Below are positions 15,466 to 27,248 of a stretch of DNA of 63,471 nucleotides, in pieces (within the stretch, counting starts at the first letter, position 1; each line of letters begins with the position of its first letter). Source of the stretch: Octopus sinensis (Eukaryota). Location: positions 1 through 63,471 of the forward strand of contig NW_021831823.1 in NCBI RefSeq assembly GCF_006345805.1, in the 5' to 3' direction. A program made the position numbers and the translations under genes. The notes beneath the pieces are model-generated. The model was not told where the DNA came from. It did not search any database and saw nothing but the letters and a program-made list of their open reading frames with translations.

Positions 15466-16388
15466 ATGGTTGGATCACTGCCGGGTGTAGTCATATCCCA
15501 ACTGCTGGTCTACGTGGTGGCCACTCCCCTCAACATCCTCGCCTTCCTCACCCTCCTCAGGATTCGCAGAAAGGCTGCCATCGACAAGTTCTTCCAGGCC
15601 ATTTTCGGCTGCTTTTCCATGTTCCTCCTACTCCAAATATTCCAACGCTCACACACTCTGTTTGGTCAGTCCCTCTTCTAACCTCCAGTCATCTCCAGGC
15701 AACGTCCATTTGTCCAGGCATGTGCTTATCTCTCCATTATTGCCACGTGGTTGCTGATGACGTCACGATGGCTGTTAATTGCTGCCACTTTTGAACGGTT
15801 GTGGTCGTCCAAGAAGTACATGTCAGTCTGGGTGGCCAATGTGGTGGTCGTGTCGGCCTTCATTGCCACATTCTTCTGTCTAATGCCCATGTTCTGGTCC
15901 TGGAAGGTGGTCCTGGCACCCGACAACTCGACTTTCATTGTTAGTCCCTCATTTAATGCCAGGTGGAGCCCAAACAAGTCATGTCCGTCCACCTCAGCCT
16001 TGCTTATTTGTGGGGGGTCAGAATTTTGGGCATTTTTGTGCCTTATTTGATATTTGTGGTGCAATTTGTGCAGTGGGTGGTCGGGGAGAGGAAGGAATCC
16101 ACCAAATTGCTCTCCCACGGATTCACCAGGAGCTATGGAGTGGTGTGTGTGACCTTCATATTGGCTATGGTGCTGCTTACCCTCCCCTTTGAGGGGTATT
16201 GGGTGTATTTGGACGTCAGGGGGCAGCCTAAGGACATGGATTTGTTGCTCGAAATTACGCGACTGGGGTTCTATGCTTTCTTTTTGGTGGTTTTTTTACT
16301 GCTGATGGCGATTAATCGAGTATTTATGAGGAGGTTGTTGGGAATACATTTTAAGGAGAAAGACACCACAACAACGCAGTTGAGTTGA
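15466..16388 (+). CDS. Divergent rhodopsin-like (class A) 7TM GPCR
   Basis: Two introns (24 and 23 nt) join three ORFs into about seven hydrophobic helices; PLNILAF in TM1, SRWLLIAATFERL (ERY-like), GIFVP, LTLP. Confidence 0.75.
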
Positions 16389-16446
16389 CATTTTTAAATT
16401 ATTTATTTTATAACGTTCTTTTAATTAAAACTAGCACTGTTTTATC

Positions 16447-16560
16447 GAATAAGTTTATGTAGATATATAAAACGACTTGGTTAGATTTATTTTTATTCTA
16501 ACGCCTGCTGATGAACTATGTTTGTTGTCCGTCCTTCCTTGGCATATATAAATAAAGTTT
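16447..16560 (-). mobile_element. Helitron fragment
   Basis: Reverse-complement similarity to 13325-13430. Confidence 0.6.
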
Positions 16561-16799
16561 TTTGGTAGAAAGGTTTTAAGGACCCCCGTGACGCTCAATC
16601 ACGTGATTTATGCAAATTTCTATTTTTAATTTCCACGTTTTTGTCGATTAACGGGGTTACTTTTTCCAAATTTTAATAATTTAAAAAATTATTGAATTAA
16701 CATAAGTAATCGAAATCAATAATAATCTCATATACAAAGAATTTATGATTTGGCGTAATAAATCATATTTATCACACTTAGAACGGGCCTAGACATTAT

Positions 16800-17078
16800 A
16801 ACTGATAAGTTTAGACAGCTTTTCTTTTGCCGAAGTATCCCAACATAACAGCCATAACTGCGGAGATTTTGTCAATGTTTGAAAATAAATATTTATGTGA
16901 ACAACTTTTCTCTTTAATGAACATAAACAAAACAAGATTTTGTTCGAGGCTCACTCACACTCATCTAAGTGAGATTTTAAGATTGACGGTAACTCAGGAT
17001 TTCACACCAGACATTGACGCTATTGTGAAGAAAAAAAGATGTCAAATCTATGGAATATATTACAACTATAAAAATTAA
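16800..17078 (+). mobile_element. hAT (SPIN/GTF2IRD2-like) dimerisation-domain fragment
   Basis: ILSMF..KYLCEQLFSLMNINKTRFCSRLTH.HL..ILRL...FTPDI. Confidence 0.75.
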
Positions 17079-17507
17079 TAAATGTGTTGTTAAATGCATT
17101 TAAATAATAAAAATTGGTTTAAAGTTGCGTTTCTACTGTATCGAAAAAATGAATTAGAATTCTACTAACTATCTAAAATAAATTCATTGTTAATAATCAA
17201 ATCAAACAAAAAAGTATTTTAGGAATAGTCTACAATAAAACAATTAAATACTAATAGGACTGATGTTTTTTGCACAACAATTTGATATCGGACTTATTTG
17301 TGTTATTTTTAAACAAATATCTCCTCAATGAACACATTGTTTCATTCTTTATTTATAATTCGATGTAGAATGCTAAATCCACATTCAAAACAGTATGATG
17401 TCGGAAAATAGAGCAGAAATTGTGCTATTTTGTTCCATAATTTCGGAAAGTCTTTTTCACTTGCATATTTTGCCAAAAAAAATAACCGAAGTTTATAAAT
17501 CATTATA

Positions 17508-18549
17508 CAGTCAAACCCCGGTTAGTCGCCACCCCACTTACTCGCCACCTCAGTTAGTCGCCACTTTTTTAACGAAAAATCAAATTTTATAAGAAGAATT
17601 CAGTTACTCGCCAGATTCAGTTACTCGCCACTATTTTTAATTTTTTAATTTGAAATAAAATGGTTTAATTTAAAACAATAAAATAATTTCCAAATTTATT
17701 AACCATGCCGAAGTGTACTCGGTTATCTTTTGAGTGTACTCGGTTATCTTTTCTTCCTCCGAACACCTCAACAATTTTGCACCCGATGGATCAAGGAATA
17801 ATTCGTTCCTTTAAAAATAAATTTAATAAGTTCAAATTTAATGAAATTCTTCAGAAAATTGAATGCGGATATGGCATTCATGAATCATACAAAAATTTAA
17901 CACTTAAAGATGGAGTTTTATTTACCTATTTTGGTTGGAATGAAGTCACAGAAGAAACTATCAAAAATTGTTTCAGGCATGCTAAGTGGATTCCATGTGA
18001 AGAGCAAATTCAATCTTCTAACTATACGATTGAGAAATATGAGGAGACAATAAAGCAATTGAATATTTTGGATCCAATGGAACAATCAGATTTTCTTGAT
18101 TACACGTACACTGAAATAGACGAAGTGGAAGAATCCCTCGAAAACGATGATGACGTAAATGAGAAACAAACACGTGGTATTTCTGAAGAGAAAACACCTG
18201 CGAATGAAATAAATCATGAAGATGCGTTTAAAATGTTGCATAATATAAAAAAGTACTATACTCAAGACGATACTTTTAATATTAACGCAATTCAAATGAT
18301 CAATCAATTAATCGAAGATACGATGTTTACTAAAAAAACAACATTGAAGGATTATTTTAGTCTAAATTCGTAATTTGACTCTTTATTTTCGAAATAATGA
18401 TTTTTTTATTATTTAATTTAATTATTTTTAATTTTGTGAATATAAAATTTAAATAAAATTTGATATTGATTATTCAGTTACTCGCCAAATTCAGTTACTC
18501 GCCATTTTTGGCTTGGTCCCAAATTTGGCGAGTAAACGGGGTTTGACTG
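17508..18549 (+). mobile_element. Internally deleted Tigger/pogo element
   Basis: TIRs CAGTCAAACCCCG.TTA.TCGCCA with TA flanks; ORF 17705-18373 retains only the start and the C-terminal part (FLPPNTSTILHPMDQGII). Confidence 0.9.
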
Positions 18550-19284
18550 TAGTATAGTTTTAATTCTGGATTCAATTTTAAAATATTTCTTAAATATTTT
18601 CCATTTTTCTCCTGGATTTGATTAATAAAGGATTAATCATTCAAGATAAAATTTCTAATTTAAAGAATATTCCAAATTCTAGTATTGAATCTTACGAATA
18701 CATTCAACTTATATTAAGCCCGGAAATGAAGAAGGAAAAATAATTCTGAAAGAATTCATCATATTTTGAAACACAATGATTTCACAAATGGGAGCATACT
18801 ATATTCAAAATCAGATGGGAGGAATACGTAGACGAGTAGCTAAAACAAAAGTCCTAAAGAGTGCCATGTTACTAAAATTTTTTGCCATTTCTTTTCTGAT
18901 TAATTTTTTGTAGTGTCTATAATAATCCAAACAGTACTTTTTGGTAATATTAGCAATTTAGAGATTTCTCAAAAACTTTAACCTCTTTGGTAGGCCGTTA
19001 CAACTTGTTGTTCTATGTCCAAATAATGCTCTTTTCTCGTCGGCATGATAATTTTAATAACGAACGAAAAATGAAAGTGTATTTATACTAATCAGAATAT
19101 ATTAATGAATTTTATTGAAATTACGGCTAATCAATCATTTCACAAAAAGAACCTACACAAAGATAATCATTCATATCTTATTGCAGAAAATAATTCAATA
19201 TTTTTTTGATAATCCCTTCACTTTTTTCAACGTAAAATTTGACATTTTTCAATTAAAGTGCAGTTTTTTGTGCTACTTCCAACA

Positions 19285-19870
19285 TTCCTCGGGTGCCCTC
19301 TCAGCTCATCTGGGCCCACCGGGCAAAGAAGGACCTGGAATTCCGTGACCTCACAAACAGGCTTTTGACACTAGACTCGCACATCGCCTTTTTCTTAATG
19401 AAATGCAGCATACACATGCCGAAACTGCTATACACGCTCCGCTGCCTGCTATTTCCATCTTGACATACTATCTTCCATGGAAAACGCCCTGAAATCTTCC
19501 ACGGAAGCAGTTCTGAACAGCTAGTCCGAGAGGCTCTATTCCTCTTAAACAAACTCTCTCTGGATTTACTGACTGATTGCCTGCAAAAATTTTGGACCGC
19601 CGCCAAACTGCCTAGGATGTTCAGAGAGGAAGGACCGCAAGGGATGATAACTTTTCCGTCCCGAAATGGCAAATGCCTCGTGCACAGAGATTTGGACCCC
19701 ATCCGCGATACTCTTATCCCCATCTTCTCCTGGATCGGCCGCGGCTTTGAGGAAATTCCACAAAACCGAGAAGTACAGACAACTCGCCGCCCAACATTCC
19801 TTTGTCTCTTTGGCTTTCGTGACCTCCGGAGCCTCGGCCCTCAAATATCCAAGTAGAATTGTGTTTTAAT
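19285..19870 (+). mobile_element. CRE-clade non-LTR retrotransposon remnant
   Basis: LDSHIAFFLMKC..MPKLLYTLR and a degenerate restriction-like endonuclease tail (GKCLV, SPGSAAA, KTEKYRQL, SLAF.TSG). Confidence 0.7.
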
Positions 19871-19984
19871 TAAAATAATGTTTGTTTCATTAATAAATTA
19901 TCTTAATTTTTATTTATTCATTTAAAAAAACCTAATAAATTATGACACGTGTTAACATTAGGTTGACATACCTTGTTGTCCTGT

Positions 19985-20130
19985 TACATTATTTGTTCGA
20001 TCTTTATTTTTTTAAATTGGTTCAGAAGGAATATTTCGCGATGTTGTTTCTTTTAATGTTTAAATTATCTGAAATTTCATCATTTTGTTATATTTGCGAG
20101 TTTATTCTTTCAATCTGTTTATTCCACTTA
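19985..20130. repeat. Partial copy of the dispersed repeat at 33161 and 43246
   Basis: Shared TTACATTATTT...TTGGTTCAGAAGGAATATTTCGCGATG...TCAATCTGTTTATTC. Confidence 0.8.
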
Positions 20131-20671
20131 TTTTGAAATTTTCTCCTTTATCTTTATTTATTGAATTTCACCTAATTTTTTAATGAAAATTTCTATTCTT
20201 TATATTCTTATAGCAAAATTTTATTTATTTGTACCTGGATTTTTTAAAAAGCGTGAGTTGCTTTTAAAGTTCTTTTATTTTATAACATGAAGACGTAATC
20301 CTCAATATAACTCCTGGTTATAATTTTCTTTGATCATCTCTACTATTTCCATTGGACTTGATGTCTCAACACGGCTTTTCATGATTCCGACGTGATCCTC
20401 GTTGCTTTCAATCCTCAATATAACTCATCGGTTTATAATGTTGTTTCTTGATCTGTATTGAACAGAATTTGTATTAAGGAGTTCTTTTTCTCGAAACAAT
20501 ACGACGAATCAACTGTATAGAACAGCGTTTCCAAACCTTTTTGTGCTCGCGGTACCTAAAACTAGGTTTTTTTCTTCCGGCACTTGAAAAATCATTATTC
20601 ATTAGAAATGTTTTTTTAATTAATATATCAAGAAACTTAACAAAAAATTACCAAAAGTAGTTATAATATAA

Positions 20672-21165
20672 CTAAGAGACACTTGTGCTTGTTTTATGTG
20701 CACACAAATTTGCAGGCGCAGTCCCAACAAGGCACTTCCCGTTGGTGTACGGGAAAACTGTTATCCCATCCGGCCTTTTTCCGTCTGTGCGGATGAGACC
20801 AGGAGGCTCCAGCTGTGCCGGGAAACCAGCTGCATGCAAAGCGTTCTTGACAATTAGGTTCATTGCATGATGTCTTGGAAACCGGCCTGCACTGCGTCTG
20901 CATGAGAGAGCATGCCGTCCGAATTCGTCAACGGAAGCCCCGCAACTACAGCGGTGCTGGCGACAGATCTTCATGCAAAGGCGTAAGGAGATTGCAATTC
21001 GCAATGTCTCGTCGTCCAGTTTGTTTCCGACTGAAGGGATAGGACATGCATTGAGCCACGCTCCGGATTGTTTTTGTGAAGCGCTTCTAAGGCATGCAAG
21101 TCGAGATTGATCAGAGACCTCTTCCAAGTGGTGGTAAATTGACATAGAAGACAGGTCGTCCCAAC
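20672..21165 (-). mobile_element. CRE-clade non-LTR fragment (zinc knuckle plus restriction-like endonuclease)
   Basis: SGAWLNA.P...LRIAISLRL..CSCG...HALSC...RHHAMN...LEPPGL.R.DGKRPDG. Confidence 0.85.
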
Positions 21166-21217
21166 AAAATATAAAATAATAAATTAAATGTAAAAAATTG
21201 AATTTTTTATTAAAAAT

Positions 21218-22418
21218 TGTCACAGTCCAGGGCTGCGAGCCGTCCAGGGCTGCGAGGTCAATGCTTAAAATGCAAAAAAAATATTTTTTTTAGAAAACTT
21301 TTCATTGGAAAAAATTATTAATAAAAAAAATAAAACTTATTATATAATTTAATTTAAATATTAATTATAAAAATGGTTCTAGTGGAATTAACTCTTGAAA
21401 CAATTCAAAAAATTAAGAATGGTTCTAGTGGAATTAACACTTGAAACAATTCAAAAAATTCAGAATTTCAGTGAATCCGGACTACTAGATGAATGCATCG
21501 ACTGGAGGGAAAGGGCAAAAATCAAGCGATATGCCGAAAGTTTCACTTTCAAGAATTCCGCAGCCTACATTGCTAAAAATGGTCGAGAGTTGCGATTCTT
21601 TTGTATCGAGGAAGCTGAATTAAAGCTCAAATACATTGAAGTTTGATATTTCCTGATTTAAATTAGGCTCAACACAATTTAAACCACTTTGGACGAGATA
21701 AATTATATAGTTTATTGTCACTGACGATTTATGGTGCAAGACGTAGTGAAGTTGCCACTGTGGTATCTAAATGCGTTTATTGTCAGGTTATTTATTTATT
21801 TTAACAAGTTTAGTCTAAACGAATGCTTGCTACCAAACCTATAATACGCCTATCATTGCTTATGCACCGAGAGACCGGTACATCGTAGATCTTGTTGATT
21901 TAAGGGTTAGGGTTAGGTTAGGGTTAGGGTAAAAAAGTTGTAATAACTTAAATTCCTTAATTTTTTGATTTTATTTTTTTGAGTCTAAGAGAATGTTTTG
22001 GAAAAATACCTCTCTAGAAAGTTAGGGTATATCAAAAATACGCGGCCGAAGGCCGCATAGGGTCTAGTAGCAAGCTGAAAGATCTGCCCGTAGAACTGTC
22101 GGTTAGTTTAGTCTTATAAGTTTAATATTATAAATTTTAATTAATATTTTTAATAAATTTCGTCGCAAAAATTAGTTTGGTTAACCATTTTCCGTGAATT
22201 TTTTAATAGACTCAAAAAACGCTACGTTAAATCAATGATTTTGGTGATATGTTGGTTTTCATGAAATCACAATCTCTGAAATAATTAAGAAAAAATTAAT
22301 AATTTCAGATATTTATTGAAGAGATCAACAAAAGAACTTCAGAAATGTAATTTTTTTTAAATTATTAATATTTTCAAAACCTCGCAGCTCTGGCGTCTCG
22401 CAGCCCTGGACTGTGACA
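21218..22418 (+). mobile_element. Ginger-like integrase DNA transposon 1 (truncated integrase with introns)
   Basis: TIR TGTCACAGTCCAGGGCTGCGAG, 5-bp TSD AAAAT; spliced HHCC finger HNLNHFGRDK...CVYCQ and RYIVDLVD. Confidence 0.85.
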
Positions 22419-22720
22419 AAAATTATTAGTGAGACCCTTGATATTGATGTTTACTCGCTAAATATTCTATGTCGGGTTTAATTCTGCTCAACTTTAGGCG
22501 TATATCGCCTCTATAACACACTTCCAGTCTATTTCTTTCACATTGTGTATTATGATTGACAAAACTAAATCCACTTTCAACTAAATAAGTGGTAGGAATG
22601 TCATAGTACATTACTCATTTCCTTCCATAATTTTTGAAATTTCATTTGTAGATCTTTTGATTGCCAAAATTTAGAGATACCATCCTGTTGAAATCTGTGA
22701 ATATATTCTTCATTATATTT

Positions 22721-24399
22721 TGTCACCGTCCGTTGAATGGACACGCCGTTGAGTGGACACTTTCAAAATCTCATTTATTTCAATTTTGCTCATATAAAAC
22801 ATACCTTAATTTTTTCCAAGTCCCATTTTGAGCCTATTTTCGATGAATTTGGTGACTTTTCACAGAATAAAAGAGCTAACAAAACCAACCACACCGTTTT
22901 TTCTACGATTATTGATTAAAAATCATAATGTTTATTATATTTCGAGGTTTACCATTTTAAAATAATACTTTTTACTAGTTATAAAATCGAATTTATTTGT
23001 AAAATTTATTAAATAAAATAGACGTTGGTATCCTAACAGCAATTTTAGAGATGACCAGTACAGATTTCTAAATGGAACCCTAACCAAACCTTAATTGCTG
23101 CACACGTATTGCTTCTTATGCACCCTTAGGCTATGGACAATCCTAACTAACCCCTAATTGTTGAAGAAGACATGTGGGATTTCTAACAAAAATTCTAAAA
23201 ACAATCCTAACCCTAATCATTGAAAACGTATTTGATGCAGTTCCCTATGCGGCCTTCGGCCGCGGTGTGTTTGATACAGACTTTTAGCTTAAAGATGTAA
23301 GATTTCTAGCAAAAATTTTAAGATAGTTAGTTAAGTAGTGTTAATCTGTAATTTTTTTAATCTGGAGATATGTACATTAGCTGTTTCTTCACCGCGTTAA
23401 GGCTCTGAATCGTAAACAGATCATCCTGGATTTTAACAACTGTATATGTATTTGTATCCACCCATCATAGAGCGGATACCTTCTTATATTGGCATCATTG
23501 TCCTATTTATAATAAATTTGAGAGAGACTTGTTTCAGTAAAACTGTCGATCCAACTATTATAGGGTCTCATCATATCTCCATTTTCGTTTATTTATCATT
23601 TTTTCTCCGGCAATAATTATATTCGTGATGCATGTTCTCGTGCATCAGATATCGCGGAATCGATCTCATATGCCTTCATTCCTTCAAGATCCAGATCTGA
23701 TATTGTATTTGGATATTCACAGCCCATAAAAATGTAAAAAGGAATTTGTTTCGTAGTATCATGGATCGTGTTGTTATAATCAAAAATTATATCTTTAATA
23801 ACTTCTATATAGCGTCCAAATAGACCAGATGACGAGCTTGTTGAGGATATCCAACGTTTTACGCTTTGGTTTAACCTAAATTTTATTTAATAATTTCAGT
23901 TTTTAAACCTCTCAACTTGCCCTTGTATCCAGGGAGCTCGCGGTCTTCCGAAGCTCGTCCGAAATGATTGTAGTTATGCTCCGCCTAAATTTTTTTAACT
24001 TTTTTGAATACCTCTAAGGTTTTTTCCCTTAGTTCCACTTCGTCCTCACAAAAAAAACGTAACCGAAGGCCCTTGTGTAAAATATACACTTTATCTTCAT
24101 TGAATATCATTTTTTTGGCCAAATTTTTGTATCGAAATCTTTTCTTACGGTCGACATTCCCATTGGCTCATCAATTGACTGGCCGTCTTGAATTTCTTTG
24201 ATTATTTTTAGATCCGAAGCTTTCAGTTTCACAAAACCCATTTTGCACGCTTAAAAAAATAATTAAAAATATTAACTATTAATATTTTAATTAATTAAAA
24301 AATGCTTTTTCAATCAATTATTTATAGAATTTGCTATTTATTTTGCTTTTAATGCTCTAGTGTCCACTCAACGGCGTGTCCATTCTATGGACGGTCACA
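22721..24399 (-). mobile_element. Ginger-like integrase DNA transposon 2
   Basis: 40-bp TIR TGT(C/G)ACCGTCC...AATGGACACGCCGTTGAGTGGACAC, 5-bp TSD TATTT; integrase PRAPWIQGQVER|LNQ...YNNTIHDTTKQIP. Confidence 0.85.
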
Positions 24400-24889
24400 T
24401 ATTTCAATTCAATTATCTTTTCTTGGATTGTTTCGTTCATATCTTCTGGCACACATGAAAAAGGATCAATCATCCATGCTTCAAATTCCAATCAAACAAC
24501 TCTTTGAATCTAAGAGATATATCCGCTTCTAGTTCCGTAAAATGTTGACAATATGTCATAATATTGTTTTGACTAAAATATTTACTTATCTCAGATAGTT
24601 TTGAAATGTTTCCAAACTGATTTATAGAAAAATATTGTCGATAAAGCAATAGTTTTCTTGCAAATGTTTTCATTATTCTTTTGCAATCAATCATGTTGAC
24701 AAAATTTTCTTGAAGAAGAATAGTAATTTCATTAATTTTGTAAAATCCAATTCAAATAGTTTTGTATCTTCAGTACATTGAATAAACTCATATTTTAAAT
24801 ATTCGTTTTGATAATGACGACTTTTCTTATTTGAGCGAGAAGACATCTTAGATACCAAACAAGAATGTAAAAACAGCGTGCTATTTTTA

Positions 24890-25480
24890 TTTATTATTAA
24901 AACACCAAGACCACGCTAAAAACAGAACAAATGTCACGTGATCCCGATGCACTCAACCAGGGACTCATCCTCGCTCGGTGGTCTTTCCACGAGCCCACAC
25001 AAGATCGCACAGGGCGGCAGGCCGTTTTTGGCGGAGCAGTCGCTGACGGGCCCAGGTTCAGCTTGATGAGGTCTTCCAGAGAGGCTGGACCGGGGCGTTG
25101 GCTATCAAATGACCAACGATCGGTTAATCTGAGGGCCCTTTGTTGGGCCTCCTCGATTCGCCTCCTGTTGGACCACGATAGCCGCGGACCCCATGATCCG
25201 CAAGCGTACGCAACACAGGGTTCGAAGTACTGGCGGTAGATATTCGCCAGTACCGGGTGCGACCCGTTTTTCCAAATTCCAGATAGAGTTCGTAGAATGT
25301 TCAGTTTATGTTCGCATTTGCGAAAGAGGTTGTCCACATGAGGGGAGAAACAGAGGTGCATGTCGAGGGTTACCCCTAGGACCGTCTGACTCCTGCAGAA
25401 GGGAACGGATATATTATTCAGCTTTAAGTCGACTGACGTCCTTCCCCATCTTTTATCCGAGGTGAAGAGGGACGTGGCGG
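24890..25480 (-). mobile_element. 5'-truncated LINE (RT thumb region plus 3' end)
   Basis: VTLD.HL.FSPHV...KLNILRTLSG..W...IYRQYFEP.VAYAC.SW...IE.AQ.RALR; A-rich tail. Confidence 0.8.
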
Positions 25481-25579
25481 ATTTTAAATAGAAAATTTAA
25501 GGATAAACACAATAGAAAAAATATTAATAAATCTGAAACATTATTAAAATTAACATGTATAAATACTTGTATTATATTA

Positions 25580-26825
25580 TGTCGCGACCCACGCTGGCGA
25601 CCATCCCACGCTGGCGACCAGAGCGACCTTCATTGTTGACAAGATTGACAGGGCGACCTACATAGTTTGACATTAATTACTGACTAAAGATAATTGCAAA
25701 AAAATCAAAAAACTTAACATTTTTTATCTCTGTATTTAGACATTATATTTTTTACTTTTCCCTTTTCTTGATATGGGGATTCAAATCTGTGCAGCTTCAA
25801 TGACGGATTCGCCCCACAATCTTTTATTATTCGTTTCTAAAAATAAATACATCGTAAATTTACCATTAAGTTCATCTTCGACAAACGATGCCTCGTTATT
25901 TTCATCTAAATTATAAATAAGATTATAACCTGGTATTTTATGAATCACAGTGTTAATTCCAGAAATACCTTTAAACTTTTGAAGGGGGTCTCATTGATCG
26001 CCGAGTGGTGTGTCGTATTCTAGAAAAAGTTACTTTGTCTAAAAATTGTTTCCAATTTTTTACGTATTTTTGGTTTTTGAATTCCAACCCGTTGTCCGTT
26101 TGCAAGATCTGACAATATCCAATTGATAAAACAATTTTGGAATTTATTCACCACTTCTTCAATTAAATTTTAAGTCTTACCAGAAGCAGTTTTATTTTTA
26201 GAGATTTGCAGACAACAAATTTGCTGTGGATGTCAATAATTGTCAGGATCCAATTACATCCATCGTTAAACTCTTATATCTTCTAACATCAATAATATCC
26301 GCCTGGAATCTTCATTGGGTTTTCCTGCAGTTACATGGTAATTAGAATCCGACACCTAGGTATATTTTTTTTAATACTTTCAATGGTAGGGCAAATTTAC
26401 AAATTTCGCAGTATTTTATAATTTGTTCGATGATTGGACGTTTTACAGTGAAATAGAATTCACTGCACTTTTTCTGAAGCTTTCGTATTCCCCAGTGGGA
26501 TTCTTGGTGAATGGCGAATGCTAGTGTCCTCATCTCCATTCATTGTCCAGATAAATGACCAATTTGTGTTTTTGTTATTCTCGTCCTTTAGATAAAGACT
26601 ATGAGTTAGGAGTTGCAAATATACAGATCATTAATAATGATAAATTGAGTCGCTTTTTTCATGCTAACATCTTTTGAGAGAAACCATAATTTTTTTTCTA
26701 AAATGACGCTAAACCATTTCTTAAAATAAATTTTTCCGGTTTAAATTAAATATCAAATTTAAATTAAATCACCTGTCAAGCTGATGGTCGCCAGCGTGGG
26801 ATGGTCGCCAGCGTGGGTCGCGACA
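25580..26825 (-). mobile_element. Ginger-like integrase DNA transposon 3
   Basis: TIR TGTCGCGACCCACGCTGGCGACCATCCCACGCTGGCGACCA, 5-bp TSD TATTA; HHCC finger IHQESHWG...CEIC and FQADIIDV. Confidence 0.88.
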
Positions 26826-27248
26826 TATTAAATTTCGAATATTTTATTAAATATATTATCGCCCCCTGTAAAAAATTTTCGCCCCTAGGGGGGCGATTCG
26901 CCCCCGGTTGAGAACACCTGATCTAAAGCTCTTTGAGAAACGTGAAGTGTTTTAACGAATGTGGCACTTTGAGTCTCCTGGGATTTTAACATGTTCTTGA
27001 AATATGACGATTTCTTATCTCTTAAAGAAAAGTGTATAGTGGCTAAATGCCTTTTCATCTTAGACGGGACCATCACATCATTTGAAAGAATTTTACTACA
27101 TACAATACACCTTGGTAGTGGCAATGCACAATCTCCATTCTATGTAAATCCATAGTTCGTATTTTTAATTCAGAATAAATTCGTATTTTTTTGTTTTTTT
27201 ATTCGCCGAAGATTAAGGATGTGAACCACCAAAAAGATTGCTCATAAC

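Larger units (their letters stand above)
21166..26920 (-). mobile_element. Second, internally deleted hAT element split by later insertions
   Basis: 5' TIR CAGGTGTTCTCAACC at 26920 with nnnTAnnn flank ATCTAAAG; N-terminus MSSRSNKKSRHYQNEYLKY at 24846; C-terminal pieces 24400-24750 and 22426-22720 (PTTYLVESGFS...GDIRLKLS..KPDI); 3' end not found. Confidence 0.7.

Noticed and set aside
21372-21460. 46-bp tandem duplication of the Ginger start region
   Set aside because: A simple local duplication within a decayed element, with no sign of function.
21904-21930. TTAGGG tract as a true telomere or telomerase-healed break
   Set aside because: It is internal to an element with both TIRs and a TSD, and a second element has similar degenerate repeats, so it is more likely element-borne.
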